DNA of 55,446 nt, filler included, from Squatina squatina (taxonomy: Eukaryota): assembly GCA_031763465.1 (NCBI GenBank). It is 2 parts of one record of this genome, joined end to end, with 100 filler letters (N's around TTAATTAATTAA, not from the genome) between each part and the next. Parts side by side here need not be neighbours in the genome. Positions count along the whole stretch, not along the records: positions 26,416 to 55,446 come from JARFOE010000013.1; 1 more part is not named here. One strand, written 5' to 3'. Of the stretch, positions 35,940 through 47,476 are shown piece by piece (positions within the stretch are counted from its first letter, which is position 1; every line of letters begins with the position of its first letter). The notes below the pieces were generated by a model that ran no database searches, was not told where the DNA came from, and saw only the letters and a program-made list of their open reading frames with translations. A program made the translations under genes and the position numbers.

Positions 35940-38906
35940 GTTAGCTGTACCTTTATATTTCTGAATATAAACAGGAAAAGGCTTTTGTTTGTGGTTTTTC
36001 TTACTGGCACTCGGTTGCAGAGTGCGTTTTTCATATCATGTATTGTGTAGGTGCAATTGAGCCGTGTCAATTTCATACCTCTCGCCACGCCCCCCCCCCC
36101 TCTCCAAGTTTAAAAAGGGAAGGAAAGAGTTGGGGAGGGCAAGTGTAGCAAGCCTGAAACTGATCAGACTGGGGAGTAGCCTTCTGGAGTGTCGTCCGAT
36201 GTTTGAAGGCCCCACAAGAAACCACATTTCACTTACAAAATCCCAAATGTCCAGCCTTTGACCCTCTATTTCTGCAGCTACCAAAGTGCTCAACCACACC
36301 CTCACCCACCACCTTTGATGGCCGAGTCCCTAATGGAACCATTACTCTCATGCACCCTGGCTGTTCCCCCAGGTGCGGCCCTCACCTTCGCCCCCCACAA
36401 GTCCAAGGAGTGCGGATTTGAACGGATATGGTGAACAACTGGTTTAGCCATTCACCGCCAGATCATTATCGGGTCCTGCTCTCATCTGCCAAAACTGCTC
36501 ACTNNNNNNNNNNNNNNNNNNNNNNNNNNNNNNNNNNNNNNNNNNNNNNNNNNNNNNNNNNNNNNNNNNNNNNNNNNNNNNNNNNNNNNNNNNNNNNNNN
36601 NNNGTAGCGTGCTTAAGTTGGAACCTACCGGCCAGGTGGACACATGGGCTCCTTTGGATTGAAAACATTGTCTTGGAAAACAAGGCATCAGTGCTAGTGG
36701 GACACACTTCAAAATTGCCTCTAAAGTTGCTTACTAACAATGAGGAGGAAGAGGAAAGCATACTTTACACAACAGATGTGGACTGTTTCAGCAGTAGTTT
36801 ATGGCTAACATACAAAACTGCAAAAACTTAAGTCGTATGACCAAATATCACAGCCTCTTCATCCAAAATTAAGTGGTTTTATGTTCAACAGACTGTAATT
36901 CCTTATTTTGATTTACAAATTGATCTGGTTGTTTTTGCAAGTGCCTTTTTTTCTAGAAACACAGTATGTGCTGGGGAGTTGCTGTCTAACAGAAAATGTA
37001 TCACATGTGATGTGGAAACATAACTCATTTCTGTCTGGTTATGAGCTTTTTGCTCTAATGATTAGCTTTATAAACCACTTGCCATAATCCATTCCTCAAT
37101 TAGTAAGATATAAAATCCTAAAAGCTGTAATGATCATATTGGGAAAAACAAATGTAAAAATGTGCCTGTGCATCATTCACTCCTAGTTCTTTAGCCTATT
37201 AACCCAAGACCAAAAGCCATTTTCAATAAATAAAGATGAATGGCTAAGAGCAAGTTTATCCATAATCCTTTCAAATCTATTCAACTAGTGCAGCAATACA
37301 TCATCATTACCTCCGTTTATTAGAATTTTCTGATATTGGAATATTCTGACAACGTAGCTGATGATTACTATGTACATTTGTAACCAAGTGAAAAAGTAGT
37401 GACCAAACCCATGGGAATTCCTTAATTTCCTGTGCAATCATTTTGGATATTTAAAATCAGAGTCATAGAATTCAACTCGCCACCCACATCTGCAATTCAC
37501 ATGATAAGAAACATGCAATTTAATTCTTCTTGAATGTCAAACACTATTACCATGAGAGTAATGATATACGTAATCATTTTAAACTTGTTAAATACTTATC
37601 CTCACCCATTATAATGATGCCAGTTTCCAAAGTGTATTGTCAAGGAAGATTTGTTACTAAGTATAAGAAGGAAAGAATAATTACTTAAAGCCGCATTTGA
37701 CAATCATTGTAGTAATGTGTTGTGATTAAGCTTATTACAGCTTCAGAGACATTTACAGACTCCTAATGTTGCTTGACAGTACAGGCTTTTCACTACTCCC
37801 GAGGAATCCAAAACATAAGCATTTTTGACCTGCTTTAGTTTTCAGTAACTAAGCAACTTTGGAACACGATTCATACCATTTAACTAAAGTGATTCCTTCA
37901 AATTCCAAACATTTTTTGAAGACTACATATCACCATGACTTAAATCTACTATTATAATCCATTAAGTGATTCTTTTATAAACCTCAAATAACTGACATGC
38001 CTCTCTAAATGCATGCCTAGTTCAATCACAGCTATTCCATCTTTTGCAAAAACCTAGATACAGAACTCACAGATAATGAAGTCTCTGAATTTATCACGGG
38101 TTCGATTGTCAATCTCAATGTTAACCTTGTCTGGAAATATTTATGAAAAGAATTCCATGATGATTTACTGAATGTCTATGGCCTGGATTTTGCATTCGGC
38201 AGGCAGTAATGGGTTGTAACTGACAGTGAACTGTTTGCACACATTATTTTACATGTTTCACTACTGGTGAAGACCAGCAATCCAAGATACTCAAATCACC
38301 CTACATTCCTCTGCTTCTTTTCACAGCAGAAGTGCAGCTATCAGGTGCATGTAAAGAGAGGGTGGGAAGTGCAACACAAATGGGAAGGAGGAGCCAATAA
38401 CAGACACTGTTTGATACAACCCCTCCCCCATGACATATGAACACAAAGGTGGAGTCGGGCTTTACCCAGGAGAAGACTGCAGCTGCATCCGTCAAGAAAG
38501 AAAAATGCTTTACACAAATCAGTATTGCAGAAATAGAGTCAACAGTTCCTTTGCCAGTGTGTTCTGTTTTAATTTCAAACCAGTTTTAATCTCAAAGCTG
38601 ATTCCCAGATGTTCTAACTTTTCCATTTCTTCCATTGATTCATCTTTTCCTTTGGCCTCCCACTCCCTTGGCTAGTCACATGCTCCTTGTTACTTTACCG
38701 TTTCTTTCCATCACTTGTCAGAGATGGTCTGTTCCATCATCCAGCAATCATTTCACCAATACGTCCTCTCAATTTTGTTTTGACTTTTCTCCCTCCTCGA
38801 TTCTATNNNNNNNNNNNNNNNNNNNNNNNNNNNNNNNNNNNNNNNNNNNNNNNNNNNNNNNNNNNNNNNNNNNNNNNNNNNNNNNNNNNNNNNNNNNNNN
38901 NNNNNN

Positions 38907-39003
38907 AATACTCCAGGTGTGGTCTCACCAAGCCCCTATTTAATTGCAGTAAGACATCTTTACTCCTGTACTGAAATCCTCTTGTAATAAAGGCCAACAT
39001 ACC
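38907..39003 (-). mobile_element. CR1 LINE ORF2 fragment
   Basis: MLAFITRGFQYRSKDVLLQLNRGLVRPHLEY. Confidence 0.88.
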
Positions 39004-39004
39004 A

Positions 39005-39540
39005 TGGGCGAACAATTGGCTGAAAAATTGCGCAAAAGCAGCGTCCGAGATCCAATGCCATTTTCCAGCGATAACTGGCCCTGCTGGACAATTGGCAGGG
39101 TACAGCATAGGGGCTAAACTGGCGGTGCTCCTGCAGCGCTGCAAACGTGGCACCGGGCGCTAGATAGCATGGGTGACATCATCAGCCGGCACCGTGTCAG
39201 AAATGGCCACCTGCTGAAGAATCGACCTGCGTTGCTGAGTTTTAAATGTAGCGGTAACACCGCCTGTTTTTTTGGGTGGTTTCACCCAGTGGGGAGTCTT
39301 TTGTAGTGGCTTTTTTCTAAGAAAAAGAGCGCAGTTTTTTTTTAGAAAATGGGAATGTAAATGCAGCATAAGTAGCACCTGGCATAAGTATATACCCAAT
39401 CTTCTGTTGTGCACACGTGCAAAATAAAATAAAGTACAGCTGTGGCTGAAAACTCGTAGTGTAAACAAGGGATCGCCACTCAATCGGAGATGGCTGAGCC
39501 TGGATTTCAGCCATGGAACTCTGCAAGAGCAAGACACTGG
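39005..39540 (+). mobile_element. Harbinger-like transposon 5' region abutting CR1
   Basis: Homologous motifs with 31168-31831. Confidence 0.55.
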
Positions 39541-41171
39541 CTGTTTATTATATTCTCTGAAAATATGCATTATTGTGTCTAGATTTTATTTTTCCAGATT
39601 TTTTGTAAATATTCTTGCTGAACTATTATATTACCACGTGTTTTCCAACGGTTGATTGAATTTAATTTAATTTATTTGCAAACAATTTCTTTCTATCTGA
39701 CCTTAGCATTGCATTGCGTACACCTCGAAGTAGCAAAACACCCAAAAGCACTTATTTAGGAGCAATGTAAAATTGTCCATTATTTTGCCAATTTTCCAAA
39801 AGAGGATAAACAAATCAGACTACACAAGCCAAATAGATAATAGCCAATATATAGAGAACAACTTAGGTATTGTTCGGTTTTTGGCTTACAAGTATCCAAA
39901 TCTTGCTATGTCAGTTTAAATCAGCTTGATGGTAAGCACAATGACCCAACGTATCCTTATATTTTCTTTGTAATTTCAGAGTNNNNNNNNNNNNNNNNNN
40001 NNNNNNNNNNNNNNNNNNNNNNNNNNNNNNNNNNNNNNNNNNNNNNNNNNNNNNNNNNNNNNNNNNNNNNNNNNNNNNNNNNAACAACAGGCTCCCAAAA
40101 CAGTGTGATAATCGTGTGAAGAATATATGTATAGCACTACTTTTGCCAAACAATTTGTTGTTTCCAATTTTGAAACTGCATTCATTAGAATGTCTGCTTC
40201 AGCGATCTTCTTGCACGTATGGCAAAACCATTGACTTATCTCTACATTGTTGGATCTCGATGAACAATGAATTGTGTTGACTCTTTGTCAGTACTGACCA
40301 ACAAAAGAGTGGCAGCGCTTCTTTTAAAGGGATGGTAAGAAACTGGTTACCTCTCCCTGTGCCAAATACAGTGGGACCCACAGAAATGATCTCACTCAGT
40401 ACCCTCTGAAAAAAAGTGTACACTTTTCTTTTTTTGGATGTGATCCTTTGCCCAAGAATGTTGAATCAGCAAGAAATGTTATTCATAATTACTTGATTTT
40501 ATACAGTCTGTATACACAGCAAGCTTCATTCAACCAAATACAAGGGAAAATAAAAAGGCAAAGTGAACAAAAACAATACATAACGAGATTCTGTTTTGAC
40601 AAGCTCTGGTCCGTCAGCTCAAATTATTCTAAATTAGCATGTAAGGGTGCTCCACACACAAAGCCAAGACAATTCTTGCCTGTAACAAGAAATTAACCTT
40701 TAGGTGACCCTTCTAAGTTCTATAAATACTCTGAATTCACATGTTATAAAATACACTTTTCCACAACGAATGGAATGAAATAATCATTTTAATGTAGATA
40801 CTTTGACAAAGGATGAAATGGCAACATTCCAATTAAAGACAAGAATTAGAAACCAATTTTATTTTAAGAACATTTCTGCAATATCTTAGCCACTGTCAAT
40901 ACTTTAAAAGCAATTAGTAGATTCTCTTCAATGAGAATCCACCACCATATTTGTTAATCGGATATGTATGCTGACAATCAAGCACGGCTTTAATTCTCTA
41001 AGCTTTTCACTAAGCTCAGAGACAATCAATGTTTAAGGAATGTTCAACATATAATTACTGCATAAGGGCCCNNNNNNNNNNNNNNNNNNNNNNNNNNNNN
41101 NNNNNNNNNNNNNNNNNNNNNNNNNNNNNNNNNNNNNNNNNNNNNNNNNNNNNNNNNNNNNNNNNNNNNNN

Positions 41172-41340
41172 CGCGGAAACCCGAGCATCCCATCCACTCA
41201 CCCCATCAAACACCACCTGCCCCACCTGTGGTAGAGTTTGTGGATCCCAGATAGGACTGTTCAGTCATCTCAGAACCCACGACTCCAGAGTGGAAGCAAA
41301 TCATCCTCGACCTCGAGGGACTGCCGAAGAAGAGAGAAGG
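41172..41340 (+). mobile_element. RTE-clade LINE 3' end
   Basis: TTCPTCGRVCGSQIGLFSHLRTH is the RTE C-terminal zinc finger; GAAGAAGA tail. Confidence 0.8.
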
Positions 41341-44077
41341 AGGCCCGTTTCAAAATGGCAGCGGCTGCAACGGGCATGCGAACAGGGTGGTAAGTCCTGC
41401 GCCGCCATTTTAACCATATAATTGCCCCGGTTACACCAGTCGTGACAAGTTAAAATCGGACCCTAAGGGTGGAGGTTATTTTCAAACTACAGGTACCAGG
41501 GAACAAACTGAAGACTAACTGAAAGCAAATCTTTGGATGCACAGATACAAAGCAATCCTGCTTGGAACTCATTTCTGGCTATGATCTCCTATCTGTTGGG
41601 TAATTCTGAACAAGGAGGTGGGAGGTGGATGTGGCAGTGGGGGGGGGGCGCGAACAATTCTATTTCCACTGCAGGGAGTTAGTCAAATCATCTTTGACCT
41701 CTGTTCCACTGCAAAAATTACTTGGCCTAATTGTTTGACGTGACAACATTTTTATAGCTTTTTTTAAAAAACAGAAAGTTACAGACACAAAACATAATCA
41801 TTCCAAATGTTTTCATTAAAAAGTAATTGCTTCGTTTTACTGCCAGCTCTTAATTACGTAAAGTGAAATAAGAAATGTGAGTGAAAAAGTACATAGTGTG
41901 CAGTCCCTCAGTTTTCCAGGGTATGTGTATTTGATTACCAGATGTACGCAAGACCAGATTGAACTATCTGGTTGCAACAGCTGAACACTATTTTATGAAT
42001 GAAACAAGTGTTTGAATGTGTATTTGGGAATTTCATGGGGCTCTGCGTGGGTTAAAAATAATATAAACAAACAGATGTCAGTAATTAAGCAAAAAGACAT
42101 GCATGATATGAATGCAGATTCCCAACAGAACTACTTGTGACCAAGCCATATCCACAGAAATGTCTACCAAAAAAAGATTAAAAGTATTCTCAGCTCATCT
42201 GCCTGTAAACTGTTTAAAACATACAATAAAGGATGCCAAGTGAGTCAACGTTTAACCATAAACATGCTCTTAATGCTTTCATTGGGGTACAAGCTGTGGA
42301 GAATTGGCACATTAGCAAAATAAAGTTCAGAGTTTGCATTTCACATTCCTTTCGCTTCTCTTCTGGCCCTTAGAAGCAAATGATCTTTGATATCAGTGCC
42401 AGTGCTGTTGCCAACACTACAGGGGTGATTTTATGAGTCTGCACTGCTGGAGCTGCTCCCATCGAGACTGTGTTCTGGAAACTGGGGCACATGTCTGCTA
42501 CTTTATTTCAGATGAAAAGTCATTGGTGAGAGATGCTGGCGGTAGCAGGGCAGATGCACGTGTCTGAATTCACAACCTGTTCTGCCAGTGAGCAAAGCTC
42601 TCCCTGTTCTCACCCCACTATCCCTGTAACCTCTGCCATCCTTAAAACACCCCACTCCTCTGATTCTGACCTCCCACCACTTCACTCCCCGCCCTCGTTA
42701 AACCTCACCACTTAACTCCACCCCCACCNNNNNNNNNNNNNNNNNNNNNNNNNNNNNNNNNNNNNNNNNNNNNNNNNNNNNNNNNNNNNNNNNNNNNNNN
42801 NNNNNNNNNNNNNNNNNNNNNNNNNNNNTGCTAGCAAGCTGTGGTAAGCACACATTTTTTTTCACAATCAGTCAAAATATCAACATGTCATCATGGGTAA
42901 TGTATAGCTGTATCCATGCACAGCATAAACCCATTGTTAATCTCTGCATATTTATTGTACGGATTTGCTGGAACAATGCACCAAAGTTAAACATGAGCAC
43001 GTTAATGAGAAGGTCTGGGTGTCAGATGACAAAATAACAAAAGGCTAAAATTAGGTAATTCACTGTTTGTTGAAAGGATTCCTAGCCATATAACAAGGCA
43101 CAGCATTTTAACCGTACAGTGGATTTTCAAAGACAGTTGCAACATTTAAACATGAAGGTTACTTCAATTATGGTTTACCATCTTAAAGTTTGTGCTTTTA
43201 CCACACACATTACCCGGCTGTACTTTCTTAAACCCTTGTGAACAGGAGAAAAGATGAGGAGATCTAAGCATGCATAAGCTTGGTACAAGTAATCTAAACC
43301 GCAGCTTTCTGGTAGTAAAAGACTGAATGCTGCCAAAAATTGACAAGTACTTAAGGGTTTTTTTTTCCCCTCTCCAAATCACAAAAGAAATAAAGTCCAC
43401 AAATATTCTAAACATTTAAAGCAGAATCGGGAAGGCCGGTTCTAGTTTCTTGTCCTTTTAACTCATTTTTTTTATCTCACTCCATCTTTTCTTAAAACCA
43501 GAGGCTACGAATTTTAAGTCTGCCAAAATGTGTCTCTAAAATCAGAAAAATACAAATTAAAAGGCCTGTGGGCTGGGGAGGGGGGAATTATATTTTCAAT
43601 TTTTTTTTTAAAACAGTGAACTAGGGAATTTATTTTACAAAATGTTTACAAATATCCCCAAATGTTACAGTTTTAAAACTAAATGTTAATATTCTCATAG
43701 TCTAAAACTACTTGTGATCGAAATCCTGGTTGCAATTAAACACAGGAAGGATATTAAAAACTTCCTAGAAGCACGATAACCACAATAGAAGAAGTAAATG
43801 AAAAAACATAATTGAAACCACATCCAAAACCCACATCCTTATTATTTACCAGTAGCATCCAAAGGACATTGTTGAGATGCAAAAAGCTTAAGGGTCTTGA
43901 CTTTTTATAACTTGAAATCATCCAGCCCCGCAACATGAAAGAACACAACATCTGTCTAAGGTTAAAAGTTTACAGAGTGCCTACAACACTAAAACAGTTT
44001 TCCTCACAGAAACTCAAATAGGCCAATTGTTCAACTGTATGCATACAAAACTGTAAAAAAAAATTCTTTAGGATTCA

Positions 44078-44725
44078 AAAAAGTCTTGCATTTATATAGC
44101 ACGTTTCCCGACCTCAGAAAGTCCCAATTGAGTAGATTGGGCCTATACTCTCTGGAGTTTAGAAGAATGAGAGGTGATCTCATTGAAACATACAAGATTC
44201 TGAACGGCTTGAAAGTGTAGATGCTAAGAGGCATCTACCTGGCAGGAGAGTCTGAAACTAAGGGGCATAGTCTCAGGATAAGGGGTCAGCCATTTAAGAC
44301 TGAGGTGAGGAGAAATTTCTTCACTCAGAGGGTTGTGAATCTTTGGAATTCTCTAATTCAGAGGGCTGTGGATGCTCAGTCATTGAGTGTAGTCAAGCCT
44401 GAGATCGCTAGATTTTTGGACTCTAAGGGAATCAAGGGATAAGAGGATAGTGCAGGAAAGTGAAGTCCAAGATCAGCCACGATCTATTGAATGGCAAAGC
44501 AGACTCAAGTATGGCCTACTCCTGCTCCTATTTCTTCTGTTCTTATGTTCAAAGCATTTCACAGCCAATGCACTTCACAGCCAATGTAGTACATTTGAAG
44601 TGTAGTCATTGTTGTAATGTAGGAAACGCAGTAAGGTCCTACAAACAGCAATGGGATAAATGACCAGATAACAGTTTTAATGGTGTTGATTGAAGGTTAA
44701 TGTTGGCCAACACACTGGGAGGATT
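44078..44725 (-). mobile_element. SacSINE1-like DeuSINE split by a CR1 insertion
   Basis: Tail at 44078-44127 and Deu-domain at 44550-44725 join seamlessly if 44128-44549 is removed. Confidence 0.75.
44128..44549 (+). mobile_element. 5'-truncated CR1 LINE nested in a SINE
   Basis: LGLYSLEFRRMRGDLIETYKILNGL...GHSLRIRGQPFKTEVRRNFFTQRVVNLWNSL; TTCTTATGTT tail. Confidence 0.92.
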
Positions 44726-45255
44726 GTTACCCAAATTATACCAGTTTGAATGATCAATTATATAGAATTATAGAAGTTTACAACACTGAAAGCCATTAAG
44801 CTGGCTTTCTGATAGGACAACCCAAAGCTACTCCAACTACTCCACTCATTCACTATAACCTTGTAGGTCTCCCTTTTTCAAATATTTATCTAATTTTCCA
44901 CTAAAAGATACAATGGTTACTGCCGCAAATATTTCTTGTGCCAAAGCTTTGCATGCTCCAACCTCTGTGGAATGGAATTTTTCCTAACCTGTCCCCACAC
45001 TCTCCTCATGATAATTTAAAGTTGAACATTGACCAGAGGAAATAGTCTTTCCCAAAACTATTCAGAATTTTAAAAAGCTCTATTAAATCTCCTCTTAGCC
45101 TTCTATTTTAGAGCAGAAATAGTTCTAGTATCTCACATGCATGCATGCTAAAAAANNNNNNNNNNNNNNNNNNNNNNNNNNNNNNNNNNNNNNNNNNNNN
45201 NNNNNNNNNNNNNNNNNNNNNNNNNNNNNNNNNNNNNNNNNNNNNNNNNNNNNNN

Positions 45256-45351
45256 TTACTGCAGTGACTACACTTCAAAGTACTTAATTGGCTGTAAGCC
45301 ACTTTGGGACATCCTGAGGTCGTGAAATGCGCCATAAATGTAAGTCTTTCT
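45256..45351 (+). mobile_element. SacSINE1-like 3' fragment
   Basis: CAGTGACTACACTTCAAAGTACTTAATTGGCTGTAAG...GGGACATCCTGAGGTCGTGAAA. Confidence 0.75.
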
Positions 45352-45466
45352 AATGGTCCAGAAAGGACAACTACAAAACTTAAAATAATTTTATCACTAT
45401 GTGTTATTGTTTAATAAATCACTCTAAAATGTGTTACCTGAAAGAAAAGTTCAAATAGTTTGTTAC

Positions 45467-45587
45467 CTGTAATTGAACAGTACACTATATGTGGAGCAAT
45501 CTCCCTTATGTCTCCATATCCGAGCCCCATTTCTGCTAGTTTTCCAGGAACATAATTTTCAATCAGCACATCACAAACAGACGCCAG
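45467..45587 (-). CDS. SUGCT: Succinyl-CoA:glutarate CoA-transferase exon (121 bp; [41 protein letters not shown])
   Basis: Matches [46 protein letters not shown] (CaiB/BaiF family III CoA-transferase); cag acceptor, gtaaca donor. Confidence 0.95.
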
Positions 45588-45910
45588 CTGTAGGGTACAA
45601 ATCAAAGGCATGTTTTGTAATTTATTACAGAAATTTATCTATAAAAACACACACATTACACTGGAGTCATGATAAGGAGAAACACACTTGGAATAAATAC
45701 TAAATAAACTGCATCTCTGCATTAATCAGCTTTTAACCTCTAAACCACTGGTCTAAGCATTAGCAGTGCTAATAAAGCTGGGTTTGGGTTCTAACAATTT
45801 TCATATTTCCTTCCCTTCGTTGCAGTGACTGCATTTCCATTGTTAATAACAAATCACAGCTGAGACTAGGTTAGTCACATATATAAAGCAGGATAGAGGC
45901 CACAGACAAT

Positions 45911-46231
45911 GGCCCTGAAATCGCAATCTCCCCGGGTGGGAACGATGTTCACACGCAACTAGGGAGAAATCGCAAATGCCGGTTCTGTGGCTGCAATGCG
46001 AAAGTCCGCAGAACCGGCATTTGCGATCTGTCAAGATTTTTCTTGACAGATCATACGCTTAGCCAAGAAAAGTTATTTCCAACACTGAGTTTTGCAAGAT
46101 AAACTTGCCCTGGAAATCTGTTAAAGTTTTTTATGCTTGGTTTTACCAGCATAAGAATTTTTTTTTTTAAATGTTAAATCAAAAAAATTAATGGTACATT
46201 ACTTTAAAACCATTCCCAGTAAGGTATGTTT
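45911..46231 (+). mobile_element. Non-autonomous DNA transposon terminus with tandem hairpins, in a SUGCT intron
   Basis: Begins GGCCCTGAAATCGC; 22-bp and 12-bp inverted repeats; TTTTACCAGCATAAG resembles 28200-28216. Confidence 0.6.
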
Positions 46232-46399
46232 NNNNNNNNNNNNNNNNNNNNNNNNNNNNNNNNNNNNNNNNNNNNNNNNNNNNNNNNNNNNNNNNNNNNN
46301 NNNNNNNNNNNNNNNNNNNNNNNNNNNNNNNAGATATTTCCTGGTATGAACTAATTTTCTCTATTAATATTCTTTATTCAAATTCAAGCAGTCTATTAC

Positions 46400-46473
46400 C
46401 TGGTCTTTCTACTTTGATGATTTCTGCACCCAGATCTCCCCAGATCATAGTAGCAAAAGGTCCTGCTAACACC
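46400..46473 (-). CDS. SUGCT: SUGCT exon (74 bp; (R)[24 protein letters not shown](G))
   Basis: Family III CoA-transferase signature AGPFAT..GDLGAEVIKVE; cag acceptor, gtaata donor; phase fits the upstream exon. Confidence 0.93.
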
Positions 46474-46571
46474 CTGTTTGGAATGGAGAATAGAAATAGG
46501 CAGTTACATTCGCGCTGTTAAATTCTTACCCGACAAACAGCTTTCTTTTGTATTACTGAAACTGAACATAC

Positions 46572-46614
46572 CTTGTGAGGTCTAGGATTTTATCACCTTC
46601 CAGTGGCTTTACAT
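46572..46614 (-). CDS. SUGCT: SUGCT exon, 5' edge at a 10-N gap (VKPLEGDKILDLTR)
   Basis: Matches SUGCT IKPLEGVKILDLTR; gtatgt donor; 98-bp intron to the next exon. Confidence 0.9.
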
Positions 46615-47476
46615 NNNNNNNNNNTCAACACACAAAACTGTTAGAGCTCTTGTCTTCATTCACATTCAACTTCAATCCACATGGGAGAAGTTATACAAGT
46701 ATCAGAACACTGGTTTAAAACAAAGGGGATGCACTCTGAGACTAGTATACAAAATTGTTAGTGGAGGGTTGTAGCAGCAGGATCTCACTATATCACTGAT
46801 AGCACCACGACAGGATGGTGTTTTCCTTAGAGAAACACAATGCGATTATAGGCAGTCATTTTCCTTTATCTAGCATCTACTACTGTAGCTTTGTAAACAT
46901 TACAGTGCTCATTTGAAAAATTATTTGGTACGACTGCTGCATCTGGATGAAGAAGTAGACCACCTACTTTGAAATGAAGGCACCTGTCATATAGCTCAGG
47001 TGCCAGTCTAGGTTATGAATGGGAGAAACCCAAGAGTTTTAGACACTGCAGCATTATGACAGTGCCCATGTAATTCTCCCAACCATACAAATGATGGTTA
47101 TTTTCCCCAGAAGAAACCGAATAATGATTACAAGATAGATAGTTAGATAGAAAGGTACATTTCAAAAAACTCTCAGATTGGGAGGGAGTTTGCTGCATGG
47201 ATCAGCATTTCAAAGAATGAAGTTCTAAAATGTAGAAAATAAAATATCTCAGGAGTCTCAGTCAGTCATACCCACCACAGGAATAGGATGGCCCTTTGGA
47301 CTCAGATGAGACACCCAATCTGACAATGATCAGCTTAATTGCTAACTTTTCTGCTGATGAATCCAATCAATCTTCTGTTAGGCAGTGAATTTTGTTGCTA
47401 TGTTCCAAGGTTGCCTCTTAAGATTGGCCTAACAAATTTGATTCCCACCTGACTGCAGTAAAGTAGGATACATTGG

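Noticed and set aside
41029-41421. C2H2 zinc-finger host gene
   Set aside because: The finger is the C-terminus of an RTE LINE, flanked by its tail and a gap.
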